This document shows, in pieces, positions 1 to 13,145 of a stretch of DNA of 61,496 nucleotides (position 1 is its first letter; the number at the start of each line of letters is the position of its first letter). Under the pieces are notes generated by a model. That model worked only from the letters and a program-made list of their open reading frames with translations. It had not been told where the DNA came from and searched no databases. The position numbers and the translations under genes were made by a program. This stretch comes from Ginkgo biloba (Eukaryota; Plantae; Ginkgophyta). Where the stretch lies: contig JANKJI020000002.1 in the NCBI GenBank assembly GCA_024626585.2, positions 92,747,469-92,808,964 of the forward strand, written 5' to 3'.

Positions 1-299
1 TTTATTGATTTTAGATTTTAATTTTCTTTAGTCACTTTGCAAGGTTTTAGAATCACTCAAACTAGGTCTACATGTAGGTAGCCAAAATTCATAACATTAA
101 AATATCGGTCATCATGAAGGATCCCAAAATTCAATCATGCAATAGCCTTCAAATGAAATAAAATGAATTTTTACATAGAGACATTATTTTAGTACTTGAA
201 AAAGACTCCCGCGGGATTAAAAAACAAACATAGCCTTTTTTCACCATGAGACTGGGGTTTTAACTAGTTTAGTACTTTTTTATTTTTAATTATATTATA

Positions 300-2100
300 G
301 TTAAAATCTTAGGCTATTTAATTTTTTTATATTTTTGAATCCACCACTCTGAATCCGTTCCACTTCGCCTTCAAATAATTTTGATCCAAATGGTCTCCTC
401 GGCTTCATCCACTAATATCGAATCTTGCTTACACCTGCTCTATATTTCTCACCTACAATGACCTATGTGTTAGGTTACTCTGTAAGTATTCCTTACATAA
501 TATTAATACTCCAACGATCTTACATCTTCGTTCTTACTTGGTGCTCAGGTCAAATTTACACAACAACTCTTCTTTATAGTTGATCTATGAGGAATTTGGA
601 TTATATTCAACAATATCTAACCACAACTCTACTGGAGTATCAATCGTGTCTCACCCTGCTATATCGCTTAAATGTATTGACCCTTAAAAATTCTCCATAG
701 ATGTTCTATCTTTGATGGTTGTCTCTTCATATGGTGATTCGTTAGTGCTTTCCAACCAACATTTTACTACTTTTCACCTCTTTTAGAAACCCTCATAAGT
801 AACATTGGAAATTTTACCATTCCTTAAAGAAACAAACCCCCGTTTCAAGCCAACGCTAGTTAGGGAAGAGAAAAAATTAGTCTTCACTATCCCCAAGCTT
901 ACATTTGTAAGACCAGGATTTGATAGAAGGGGCATCTATGTACCAATAATTTATATCTCTACCAGCATTCTCCACAAACATCCACAACCGATGTTAATTA
1001 TTTACTCTAGACAATAAAGGTATTTTTCTCTTCATAGAGGAATATTTTTCTCTTACTGTAGTCTCGACTCCATAGTGGCTTTCAAACATGAGAAGTCATA
1101 ATAAACTTTCATGTCCTTCACAAACATTTTCTCTCTCAGCCACATGAAGTAGGAACCACGATCACTACAATAGTGAACAACAATGATTTATCACTGATTC
1201 TCTTCCAAACATGTACAACTGGCACAATAATTTTTACCTCTCCATACGTTTACTACAAACACTAATACAAACCACCACGTGGAACACATGAAATATGATT
1301 CCAATAGTGAAACAACAACTTTACCACTGAATTCACTATAAACTAATATAAATAAACCCCTTCTCTATGAATATGGCTTTAGAACAAACCTTAAATGGGT
1401 AGCTCTCAGGTATCCTTATTTTTAAATATATTTCATGGATATATTTGCATCTCTTGGTGGTAACAGACTTCACAATAACCTCCAATAGTCACAAACTTCA
1501 CACCAATATTCTTATAGTAGCTCTACAATTTTACTGATGACTGCAACATAGGAGTTACATTCAAAACACCTTAAAAAATTTAAAGAATTTAAATTCTACC
1601 AAGGAACTACACATTCAAACCATTTTAATTCATGAACTAGAGTTAGATATTAATTCTAAATTTGAATTTAAATCATTAAATAGAGTCTCGACATTTTTCT
1701 CTCATCAAGCCCAAAATTAATAACAAATTGACATAATTCACCAACTAGGATAAGAAATTAACCCTCATCTTTAATACCAAATGATAAAACAAATACTAGA
1801 ATTGATCTAATATCAACAATGAATAATCATAGAAACAAGACAAAATTTTGGTAAAATTGCTCTACCATGACCTTCCTTAATGCTCATTCAATAAATGTAC
1901 AAACCCAATATAAGTATATATACAAAAGAGGTTTTGTAACTGCCACTTATGGACTTAACACTTGTGTAGTAACTCTAGACACTTGTTACCCTAAGGATTG
2001 ACGATAAGATGACTCACCCCTTTTATATTTTAATATTACATTAAATACTTTGGGCTTATAACATTAGGTTATAATCCACAACATGTAAATATTAACTATT
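300..2100 (-). mobile_element. Degenerate Ty3/gypsy 5' part: LTR (about 1782-2100), PBS, gag/protease remnant
   Basis: tRNA-Met-type PBS TGGTATTAAAGA on the minus strand at 1779-1768, next to an LTR repeated at 3167-3494; degraded zinc-knuckle- and protease-like coding downstream. Confidence 0.55.
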
Positions 2101-2254
2101 CTAATACTTTCCCTTAATGTTTACATCATTTTTCTTGACACCTATCCCATCTCNNNNNNNNNNNNNNNNNNNNNNNNNNNNNNNNNNNNNNNNNNNNNNN
2201 NNNNNNNNNNNNNNNNNNNNNNNNNNNNNNNNNNNNNNNNNNNNNNNNNNNNNT

Positions 2255-3166
2255 CCATAGTACATGATTAGGTTCTTGTATCCTAGGTTCATAGATTGAT
2301 GACTTAGACTATATGCACACATATAAGAAGGATTATAGAACATTATATTTTAGTGAGACTAGTCATCCTTCAAGAAAACTCACAATAATTCTTAGGGAAA
2401 GGGAATGGAACATTTAAGGAAATGTGCATCATATTAGGAAAAAGGCACAATGTTTCTTTCAATTCAACCCAAGAGTTAATTTTAGTCCATATCATCTTGA
2501 TTCTTAGTTACAAACTATATTATTGTATTCTTAAGGTTTGATTTAGTATCCAACCATTATGGGAATCATCTAATTAGTTACATACCCTTATATGGGTGAC
2601 CCTTGGATAATAATTCACACTTATACATAGCCACTTCAATTATTATTCAAAAATTACCACTCCATTATCACACCAATTGGTATTATAGATTTTCTTTCAA
2701 GTTCTAATTTTTTTTCATATTGCCAAAATTTTCTAAATTTATTTCCGTAGTTTCCTTTACTCTTTTGTGCTTAGATATTTCCATATTGGCATAGTTTATG
2801 ATTTTTTATGGAAAATAATAAATCTCTAACTACTCCACCATCATCTTCTTAAATAGAGGAGGTAGAATGATTAAAGTAGAAGGTTTATACTCTTATAGAG
2901 ACACTTAAGGCTATGAGTTAAAATACTTCTAGTGGAGGCTCCTCTTTAGTGGCATCTTATTTTTTAGCTTCAAATGATTTGATCAAGATAGACATTAATA
3001 TGAAGTTGGTAACATTTGATGGTTCTATTGATGTTAAAAAGGTAGATGCTTAGATTCATGATCTTGAAGTTTATCTTGAGACATAAGTTTTTGAGAATGA
3101 GCATTAATATTTATTCATTACGCTTAAGATGACCAAGTATGTACTCTTATATTGGGATGAACAATG
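2255..3166 (+). mobile_element. LTR retrotransposon fragment: LTR end, PBS and gag start
   Basis: PBS-like TGGTATTATAGA at 2678-2689; gag-like FDGSIDVKKVDA*IHDLEVYL...YVLLYWDEQC, cut off by an LTR at 3167. Confidence 0.55.
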
Positions 3167-3494
3167 TGTTAGAACTATTAAAAGGATTAGTATAATACAA
3201 AAAAATAAACAAGCACAAAATACAAGACAGGTTCTAGTAGAATTGGTCTGCCATGACCTTCCTTAATGCTCATTTAATAAATGTGCAAACCTAGTTCAAT
3301 TATCTATATAAAAGAGGTTTTATAACTACCACTTATGGACTTGAAACTTGTCGAGTAACTCCCAACACTTGTCACCCTAAGGACTGACCCTAAGACAACT
3401 CACCCTTTTCATATTTTAATATTACATTGAATACTTTAGCCTTATAACGTTAGGTTATAATCTAAATTATAACTATGTAAACATTAATGTAACA
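3167..3494 (-). repeat. Solo-like LTR, same family as 1782-2100
   Basis: TG...CA ends; clearly alignable to 1835-2097 (ccatgaccttccttaatgctcatt...ttaggttataatc). No matching TSD seen. Confidence 0.7.
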
Positions 3495-5924
3495 ATAAGT
3501 GCATATTCTTGTGCAATCATAGAGGTTCTATAATAAGAAGAAATTTATTACATATATGTGATGGACCTTATGATATTCAAACCATTAAAAAGAAATGTGC
3601 ATATTAATTTTCATGAAATGGAGCTTAGGAAATCGAAGATGACTATTTCACAGCCATGTAAAGTTACTAGGAAGATAAGAGCTTAGATAATAGATGAATA
3701 TTTAGAAACCCATTATTTAGCGATACAACTAGATGACATATTTAAGGATGAGAAAACTAAATGGAGTCTCTTAGATAATGAATTTAAAATGGAATTGGTA
3801 TAAGAAAAAAGTCAAGGACTTAGATGTTAGTGTGATCCAATATCATAAGAAGATTATATAGATCTCTAGTATTGCATATTTAAAAGACGAAGATAAGGTG
3901 CAGTAGAGAACTCAGGTTTATTTGTCTAAGCTAGAACATATCAGGATTATAACCAACCATGTTACACTCGAGCCATAATAAATAACACACATCATTGAAG
4001 GTGGACATAGAAAGATTTTATAAGTTAATGAGACATATTGGAAATTGTAGATGGTAGTCACAAAAAATATAGTAATTTTAAAGAAACATGTATTAGTAAA
4101 ATATAGGAAGTGATTAGTGTCTAAAGCAAAGTATAATGAAATAATGAAATGGATAAACAAGATTTCTCCAAATTATCTAAAGCATTATTAGTGAAGCAAG
4201 GTAAAATATAGGAAATAACTAGTGTCTAATGAAACAAAGCTTCACTCAAATAAAAAGGAAAAAGACAAGGAAATAATAGAATTGAAATTCGATAGAATTT
4301 GTTATGTAATCAAGTCAACAGAGGTTAAGAAGAGTGATTTTTTCCAATGTGTCGATAAAATGGATAAGATCAAGGAATCTATCATAAATTTGGAATAAAT
4401 ATTTGATCATATGGTGAATGACAATGTAACTTTTATGAAGGACACTTAGATAAAGTAAAATATTGAGGATGACATGAAAAAGGCAGTGGAAGACAAGAAA
4501 GAGATTAAGGAGAAGCTTCATTTGGAAAATAATTAAGAGCTAGAGGATGTAGACAAACTAATTTTGGACCCATCAAAGATGGAGTATTTAATCATTTATC
4601 AATCTACAGAAATGAAAATAGAAGTTGAAATGATATATAAGCTAATTAAGTATATCTATTTCTCCAAGAGATGCATGGAGCTCGTGGAAGGAACAAAAAA
4701 GAAAAAATCCAAGAAAACACAATCTACTCAATAAATGTAAAAACCAACACCAAACATGAGAAGTAGTAAAAAATATTAGGGTCAAATACATATATATAGT
4801 TAATAGTTTATTTAGTCATTTTGAATGTTTTGAATAAATATTGTAAAAGAATGTTCCAAGTTTAAAGGAGCATACTCTTGAGAGAAATAGCCAAGAAATT
4901 CTACTTCTAAATGAAGAATAAATGTAAATATTCACCATAGGTGAGAGATTTATATAGGAATATAGAATTGATTCGTATAGTATAATGTAGTGTATGATGC
5001 TCTTTATGGTCTTTGTAAATAATTTCATTTGAACTAATGAAAGAGAAATTTAATTAAAATGTGTCAATGTTTTCTGTTATCTATTAATGATATGTGATAA
5101 CATAATTTTGAGTTTATGATTGTGAATGTTGTTATTATAGAGATTATGTTGCATAATTAAGGAACAGTAAGATAAATTTAGATAACTATGAGAGCTATGC
5201 AGATTTTAGTTAAATAGTTAAATAACTTTCATGTTAATAAGGCATATATCTTATTCTATTATTAGTTTTATTCTTTGGATCCATTTATTGCCTAAACATG
5301 AATTTAAAATACTATAAATTTTAAATTCTCCTCTTCTTTTTTATTTTCTAAATTTTTACAACATAAAAAAGTTTCTCTTAAAATATCAATATCCTATAAC
5401 AAAAGAATTTCTTATTAATAATCCCATAATACAAATTTCTTACTTGTTTCCAAAGGAGGGAAAATTCAAATAGATATCCATTCTTCTAAATGATCTATAC
5501 CTCTTCATTAACTTATACTAGGATGCATAGTTGCACTTTTTAGTAAGTTTTGGAAAGAGGGTATAGAGAATACGATTTCAGAGCTTACTCTTCCAAGAGA
5601 AATGTGAGTACACACAAACATACTTCTTATAAATTCACTAAAATGATTACAATTATAATCTAGTTACATCAAAATTTGGTGATATAATGTAAGACTCCAA
5701 ATTTTAAGAAGTCTCATAATCCTTTAACACTACTAGTCCTTCCTTTTAGATAAGAGGAATCCCAACTATAAATCATTCTTTAAGTGCAAAGTATGTTCTC
5801 TTTTTACTTTGGTAAAGTAATTAGTAACTTTGTTGAAACTACTTTAACCTATTTAATGGTTGTGTAAAATGTAGTCTTTGATACATATATGATAAGTTTA
5901 ATTTGTGCATAAATAATAGAGCAA

Positions 5925-6985
5925 ATATCACTTCTTTTGATATAGAAGATAACCTCAAACTATTACCTTGTCTTTAATTACTACACTCTTTAATGTTACA
6001 TTACTTCCCTATAAAATTATAAAATTCCTCTATATACCTATGTGGGGAACCCATAATCCAAGTTCATAGGTTTGTTCATCTTATCCTTAGAATTGGTGCT
6101 CTATTAATTCACCCCTAACAAAGGTTAGAGGAGATTAGTAGTTTTTTCACTATGCATTGGATTCAAACCATGTAATCAACATAAAAATAAATTAGTTGGT
6201 GAGTCATACCTATCATGCATGCCATTGAGAAATATGCATGAGTTATCTAGATTATTTTTGAAGTCGTTTAAATTCTACAAATAAGGACTCCCTAGAAAAA
6301 AATTATTTGATTGTAATCTTTTCACCATTAAATTTTCAAGCAAGACCTTTGCATAACTTTTCCAATAAGATCTCATGTAAATTCTGTTTCCATAGACAAT
6401 GATACCATCCTTTCACACCAAAATCAAATAAATATTATCTCTTAGAACATAAATAATTATAATCTAAGTGAAAAATGTGTCCCCCCTTTATCAGTAGAAT
6501 CCTCCTTTTGATATTTCCCTCTCTATTCCTATGTAGACACACATTCCACTCCCCCAAAATTTACAGCTACTCCAAGATTTTTGGGAGTATCCACTCCCTC
6601 GATTCCCTCTTACAAAGTTAGAAAATATGTAGTATAGCCTTAGAGTGTAGAGGAGGGAAAATAAAGTGAATTATGTGGAAGCCTCCCCTACTAATTTAAC
6701 TCTTAAGTCAATTTTACTAATCCTCATATGTTAAAACTCTCAAATGAAAACAAAGACATAATATAATTCACATAAAATGCCTCCACAAAATAGTTTACAC
6801 ATTACATCTTAGTTTAAGAGATCATACATAGTTTGACATTAGACAATAATGTATTTCCCATGACCACTTAATGCAATATATATTTTCTTATACACATGTT
6901 GATACAATTAGGATATTACTCGAACTTCTTGATTAATTACACATAACCTTTGCTCTGAAGTTAGATTCAGGGAAAACTTTAAGGA
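5925..6985 (+). mobile_element. Degenerate LINE (L1-like) reverse transcriptase fragment, copy 1
   Basis: Traces of QGDPLS, FxDDT, YLGVP and LKSIL motifs in LINE order; duplicated at 8366-9421. Confidence 0.45.
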
Positions 6986-7049
6986 GTGGATTATTTTATA
7001 CAAATATATTTATTTGGCGAATCTTTTCAATACATATAATGTGAATTAT

Positions 7050-8265
7050 AAATGTTAAAGGGAAATTTCTTATCAAATTATAGATTTTACCTTTTAAACA
7101 TGTAAAATTTGGTGAATATAATAAGATTTTTCATTTTACATATAAAAAATTAGTGAATCTTTTAAAGGAAATTTATTATTTGGAAAATTTATTTTTTTGA
7201 AAAATGGTCAAAACTTAGCCATTGGGCTATAAATAGCCCATAAAGTTTTCCCTTGTGTAGATGAAAAGAGGGTTGGCTAGATGTTTGGATAAGGTTATTT
7301 CTAGAGAATTGTTGATAAGTTGAATTGAAGGGTGAGATGAGGATTTTGTACCCTGGAGAGAAATGACAAGATAAATTAAGCACCCAAGCTAGAGGTGAGT
7401 GATGAAGCGTTGAAAGGAATCTAAGTGAAGGAAAATGAAAAGATTGGGGTGTGATTGCATACCTATAGATATCGATTAAGTGAGCCGAGGAGTTCCATAG
7501 AAACCAACATAGATCGAATGACTAGGAAAACTGTCGAGGGAGGTAGTTCAGGTGGGACGATGGGGAATTCTGTCTTGAGATTATGAAGTAGAGGCATTGA
7601 GGAATTCACCGGAGACAAAGAAACAATGAAGATAAAATCTCAAGACCTCATTAATTTATTAAAAATTTATTATATTATCCCTCCAATAGAGAGGAAGAGC
7701 TACAGAGGCCGTTGTAATTTGTAAAAATTATTGATTGTTAATGGATCTAGAGTTTTATTCCCTGAGAGGGTTTCTCCAGTTAAAATATCATGCGTCACCC
7801 CGATGAATTTTTATGTATTGATTTATTTCATGTTTCTAATTGGATATCAAATTATTTTTATGATTAAATTCCTGTGGGTTATCGATGAAGTTGTTGTTGA
7901 TGTGACAAATTGAAGACTCCACCTCAGGGGTACACCGATGGCGTCAACAGGGATCCATCTACCGAGATCTTGGAAGGAGGGGTGGGTGACGATATTGTAT
8001 GGAAGAATCACTGACATCGTCAGCGTAGGGCTATGTCAACCAATGTAGGGAAATATTTTTTAATGTAGAGTTTAATTCAGAAGGCTGCGTGTGCATCTGT
8101 ACGATGGGCCCTCAATTTTTCCCCCCCTGCCCCCTCCTCCTACGTCCTCCTTCAACCCATACACCCATATCTGAATCCAATGCCTATGCACAACTAGGTT
8201 CAATAGCCTATGATAATTTCTCAACCCTAATGAGGCAAATGACACAGTGAAAAAATGCAAGACTA
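7050..8265 (+). mobile_element. LTR plus leader of an LTR retrotransposon, lying between the LINE duplicates
   Basis: TATA-like CTATAAATAG at about 7227; LTR motif agagttttattccctgagagggtttctc at 7749-7776; PBS-like TGGCGTCAACAGGG at about 7939. Confidence 0.45.
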
Positions 8266-8365
8266 NNNNNNNNNNNNNNNNNNNNNNNNNNNNNNNNNNN
8301 NNNNNNNNNNNNNNNNNNNNNNNNNNNNNNNNNNNNNNNNNNNNNNNNNNNNNNNNNNNNNNNNN

Positions 8366-9421
8366 AATAATACTTCTTTTGATATAGAAGATAACCTCAA
8401 ACTATTACCTTGTCTTCAGTCACTACACTCTTTCATGTCACATTACTTCCCTATAAAATTATAAAATTCCTCTATATACCTATGTGGAGAACCCATAATC
8501 TAATTTTATTGGTTTGTTCATCTTATCCTTGGAATTGGTGCTTTGTCAATTCACCCCTAATAAAGGTTAGAGGATCTTAGTAGTTGGTTCACTATGCATT
8601 GCATTGAAACCATGTAATCAACATACAAATCAATTAGTTGGTGAGTCATACCTAGCATACATGCCATTTTGAAATTTGCATGAGCTATCTAGATTATTTT
8701 TGTAGTAGTATGAATTATACAAACAAGGATTCCCTAAGAAAAAATATCACTTTAAATTTGATTGCAATATTTTCACCATTAAATTTTTAACGAAGACCTT
8801 TGCACAATTTTTTCAATAAGAGCTCACATAAATTCCCTTTTCATAGATAATGATACCATCCGTTCACATCAAAAATCAAACAAATATTATCTCTCAAAAC
8901 ATAGAATTATAATCTAAGTGAAAAATATGTGTCCTTCACTTTTCAGTAGAATCCTCCTTTTAATATTTTCCTCTCTATTCCTATGTAGACTCACTTTCCA
9001 CTCCCCCAAAATTTATAACTACTCGAAGATATTTGGGAGTGTCCACCCCTAGATTCCCTCTTACATAATTATAAAGAATGTAGAATCCTTAGAGGGTAGA
9101 GGAGGGACAATAAAGTGAATTATATAGAAGCTTCCCCTATTAATTCAACTTGTAAATTGATTTTACTAACCCTCATATGTGAAAACTCTTAAATAAAAAC
9201 AAAGGCATTAAATAATTCACATAAAAGGACTTCACAAAATATTTTACATGTTACATCTTAGTTGAAGACAACATACATAGTTTAACAATAGACAATAATG
9301 TGTTTTCCATAACCACTTAATGTAATATATATTTTCTTATAGACATACTAACACAGTTAGGTAATTTAGCCCAATTTCTTGATTTATTGCCCATGAACTT
9401 CTCTTTGAAGTGGGATTATAG
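8366..9421 (+). mobile_element. Degenerate LINE RT fragment, copy 2 (direct duplicate of 5925-6985)
   Basis: Colinear alignment over about 1.05 kb, starting cttcttttgatatagaagataacctcaaac. Confidence 0.5.
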
Positions 9422-12400
9422 GATGAGGATCGTAGGGTACTTCTCCATTGCCTCTATCCTGATCAAATCTACACATTTATATTCATTAGTATATATAAAA
9501 ATATAGATTAAATTGAATGACAAGTCTAATATTGTCAATGCTCATATATATCTCAAATTGAAAAATATCCACTATTTAACCAAATAGCTACTAGACAAGA
9601 GTAGAAGACACCACTCATAAGTAAAATAAACCATATATAATGTTTATCATGTCTATTAATGTGTCTATTATTATAATATAATTAAGATGAACCCAAATAG
9701 ACCACAACCAAATCATTGACCCATGCCCTATGGTTCAAAATTGCCTAATTTCTCATAGAAGAGGATGTCACTTCTAAGAATTAGAGTAGCTATATGAGTT
9801 TAAGATAAAAAAGGAGGCATGGGGAAGTCATAACTTTCAAAGGAAAATTGAAGATAGGTGATGAAGTCAGTGGTTATAGATAGTATATTTTTTCTTATCA
9901 AAGCTCGCATATGTCCTTAAAGCATCATTTGTTATCACTTCAAAATGAAATGCCTATTATATCTTTCTCCTTCACATTGGGAACTAATAATCCATAATAA
10001 AATTGAGTAGGGTATTATACAATCTTTTGATTATCAACTCTAGTTATGTTAATTCATAATTTTTATAAAATATTAAAGATTTGACAAAATATCTATATTA
10101 AAACACATTAATGCTCTTGAGGCATTATTTATGATTTTTTTTAACATTCATTATAAAATTTTCTTAGAACATATTCATTATTAATATTTTTCTAAGGGAT
10201 ATATATTGGATTCCTTAAATTTCAAAGGGAATTATTTATTTCCTTTTCTATCATCTGCTTTCCCTCTTGTGAAAAGGAGGGACATAAGATTTGCATATTT
10301 TAAACAACATTTTTTATCCAAAGCATTCAAATTGCCAAAAGTGGTATAAGGGTTAATAGTATAACCATACCTATAAAATGCATTACACTGCTACTCAAAC
10401 ATGAAAATTTTAATGGTAGCATTTGCCATACTTTTGAGCTTTCAATTTCTTAAAGCTTTAGTGATTGCATCACTTATGTAGGGGTGCACAAGGTCATAAA
10501 CCAAAAGCCATGGTTCACCATATGTGCGACTAAAACTCACATTAGGTAGGACAGTTGATTCTAGTCATTGATTATAAATATTTTTGCTATAGTTTTCTCT
10601 ACATTTGTTGTTAATTATCAACATATCACCACATGCCATTTATGATTTGTTGCATTATAACAAAAATTATAGCATCATCAAATAATATCTTATTGTAACA
10701 AAAAAAAGGTTCCTATTGGTAACATTTTTAATATTTTACTGCATTATAGTCATATCGCAAAGCAAAAAATAAGAGATTATGTTGTAGTACCACATAAACT
10801 ACTAATTTCTTTCAATTGCAACACTTACACAAAATGTCACATTGCAACACATGAAATTATTGCTTTACAATATAACATGGTGGGTCTTACATGTCAAATT
10901 AGTCAAATGCTTTTGACTAAATATGTGTCATGTCATAGCTCACTTCTACAACTTTGCATCAAATTTTCTAATACATGTGCATATGCCACAAAACTCTATG
11001 TTGTACCTTACAAAATATAGTAGTTTGTGGTGCGAAGAAAAGTACTCACTTTGTCTACTTTTGACTTTAAACAACTCTTCACTTAATTTAATAAAAGTAA
11101 CTTTGAAATTATAATATAAATAAAAACATCATTAAAATTAAATAATTTCATAATCATAATTAGAGTTCTTGTCATCTTTTCCTTTCTAATAGGAATCTAA
11201 AACATTTAAATTCAAATGACTCGTATACATATAAAAATGATGGAAATAACTTTTAATATGCTCAAAAAATGCAAAACTTGGCATGTTGACTCAAAATGAC
11301 ATATGTTACTTGGAACATTGTCCATATATAAATCATTCTTTGGTTTTAAAATTTTGCATCCTTGTCATTATACAATGTACAAAATATGGCATGTATTTAT
11401 TTTTCCAATCGCATGGTAGTAGCATGTTTTAAAGAAAAATGTAATGTCCATGATAATATACATAATTAGAAATTCCATGTCCTCAGGGTTTTGCAGATTT
11501 GATAAGTGGACACTTGGAGTTGGTATTAGTCCCTAATTGAGCTTTAGAATAGGTGAAAACATGGGAAGATGAGAACAAAAAATTAGGTATTCTAGAAATT
11601 GATAGTCCAATGCCAAATGGAAGGATTTATGGAAAACAAAAGTAAGAGACTTGTTTATCAGGTCACTACAATCGATTAATTGTAGGATTATTTGTGAGTA
11701 AATGATGAGGAAACTTAACAAACAAATGGTTAATAATAAATATTATAGGCTTTTTCATAATGTGTAAACTAAGGAAGAAATATCATAGAATAAGAGTGGG
11801 AATATGAATTTGCATTAAGCTAAAAGCTGTGGGTTGTGAGGGTAAATGAGGACAAAGGAAAACGAGAGATGAAGAGAGGTATTCCAACAAATTCAAAATC
11901 ATCCTCATAAATAATGATAGCATAATCACAGTAGGTATGGGAGTTAAAGCTAAAAAGTGATGCCTAGGGAGTACACAACCTTAAATGGACATACAAAAAC
12001 AAGTGATTAAGTTGTTGGTCATTTCATAGATCATAGAAGAGAAGGCCTTAGAAGCAACCAACTCTATTTGAATTGTAGATTTTCGCTGGTACAATTAATT
12101 TATGAAATATTTTTTCGTCACAACTAACGTGAATTGTGATCTTGACATCGTGGACAACATTCAAGAACACTCACTAGTAGACGTGGTTCTTGTCATCTGA
12201 TATTATTACTTTGTTGTCAGCGAAATTTTAAATGTTCATTGAATGAATCTTTATGAATATTCTCTATTACTGTGCATTCACGGACTTCAAAAAACTACGG
12301 ATGAGTTGCGCAATAAAAGATGCTGAGTATTTGTCGTACAATATAAATAATTCACACTGATTAGTGGATAACGGCAGTGTTTGGTTTGACATGTCTTAGC

Positions 12401-12426
12401 AGCGTAGCTGTGACGAGACCATGTTC

Positions 12427-12475
12427 CTAGATTCCATTGCTGGGCTGCGGGCATTCATTTCCATTTTGACCGAGG
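12427..12475 (-). CDS. MADS terminal coding exon, (G)LGQNGNECPQPSNGI*
   Basis: TGCAG acceptor at 12477-12476; phase matches the upstream exon; TAG at 12429-12427. Confidence 0.7.
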
Positions 12476-12833
12476 CTGCATACCCACAGATTTCATATTA
12501 TTGCAAAAGTAGTCATCATACCGAATGAAGAAAGCAAAATTTAACATACCCAAGGTGCAGGCTTGTATGATGGAGTGGTAGCTCTGAAGTGAATACGTCT
12601 CTCGCCGGCTGGTACTGGACTCTATCCATTATGTTCATGGAATATTCCGCTGCTTGTACCCCGTCATGGACTCCACTCACCTGACGTTTCACATATGGCG
12701 CTCCTTAAATTCTATGCAAGCTTGTGGATAATTATAAGATCTGAAATCGCTAAAATAGGAGTTTGAACAATTTTCAAGTGAGAAGGCTTACCATTTTATT
12801 CAGCATGGCGTTCTCATCTTGCAGGAACCGTTG
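12427..12833 (-). CDS. MIKC-type MADS-box transcription factor, 3' part only: join(12833-12792,12680-12550,12475-12427)
   Basis: Manual splicing with GT-AG introns of 111 and 74 nt gives an open frame QRFLQDENAMLNKM|VSGVHDGVQAAEYSMNIMDRVQYQPARDVFTSELPLHHTSLHLG|LGQNGNECPQPSNGI*. A 42-bp phase-0 exon reading xRxLQxENxxLxK and a phase-2 intron directly after LxLG are typical of MIKC MADS gene structure. The region retains CpGs, unlike the flanking TEs. Confidence 0.85.
12550..12680 (-). CDS. MADS C-terminal exon, 131 bp, ending TSLHLG
   Basis: CAG acceptor at 12682-12681, 43 open codons plus GG, donor GTATGT at 12549. Confidence 0.8.
12792..12833 (-). CDS. MADS K-domain end (K3) exon, 42 bp
   Basis: U-rich tract followed by AAG acceptor; CAA CGG TTC CTG CAA GAT GAG AAC GCC ATG CTG AAT AAA ATG; donor GTAAGC. 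Confidence 0.85.
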
Positions 12834-13145
12834 CTTTCGTTAGAAAATTGTTGAGCAGAAACAGAAAAAAACAAATCCTCAGTACAAGGCCGATTGTGGA
12901 TACACATGATTTTGGCCACAATATATGATTTCAAGAATTAAGGAATATAACGATTTTATTGTGAACAACAGGAAAAACTCAATGTGCACGACAGCCTTCA
13001 AATGAACTTGAAACAAAAGAATGGACTGATGTTGAAAATCACAACAATAAACATGAATAAACGCAAGGTCTTATTTCTGTCTTTTCAAAGGTCACCGCAA
13101 CGAAAGGTTCAAGTAGTTCACAAAATAATGTTTTTCCGTCCATAG

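Noticed and set aside
10530-12125. Possible DNA-transposon subterminal repeats (tgttgca/ttgcaaca) and a solo LTR
   Set aside because: No terminal inverted repeats, TSD or PBS could be fixed.
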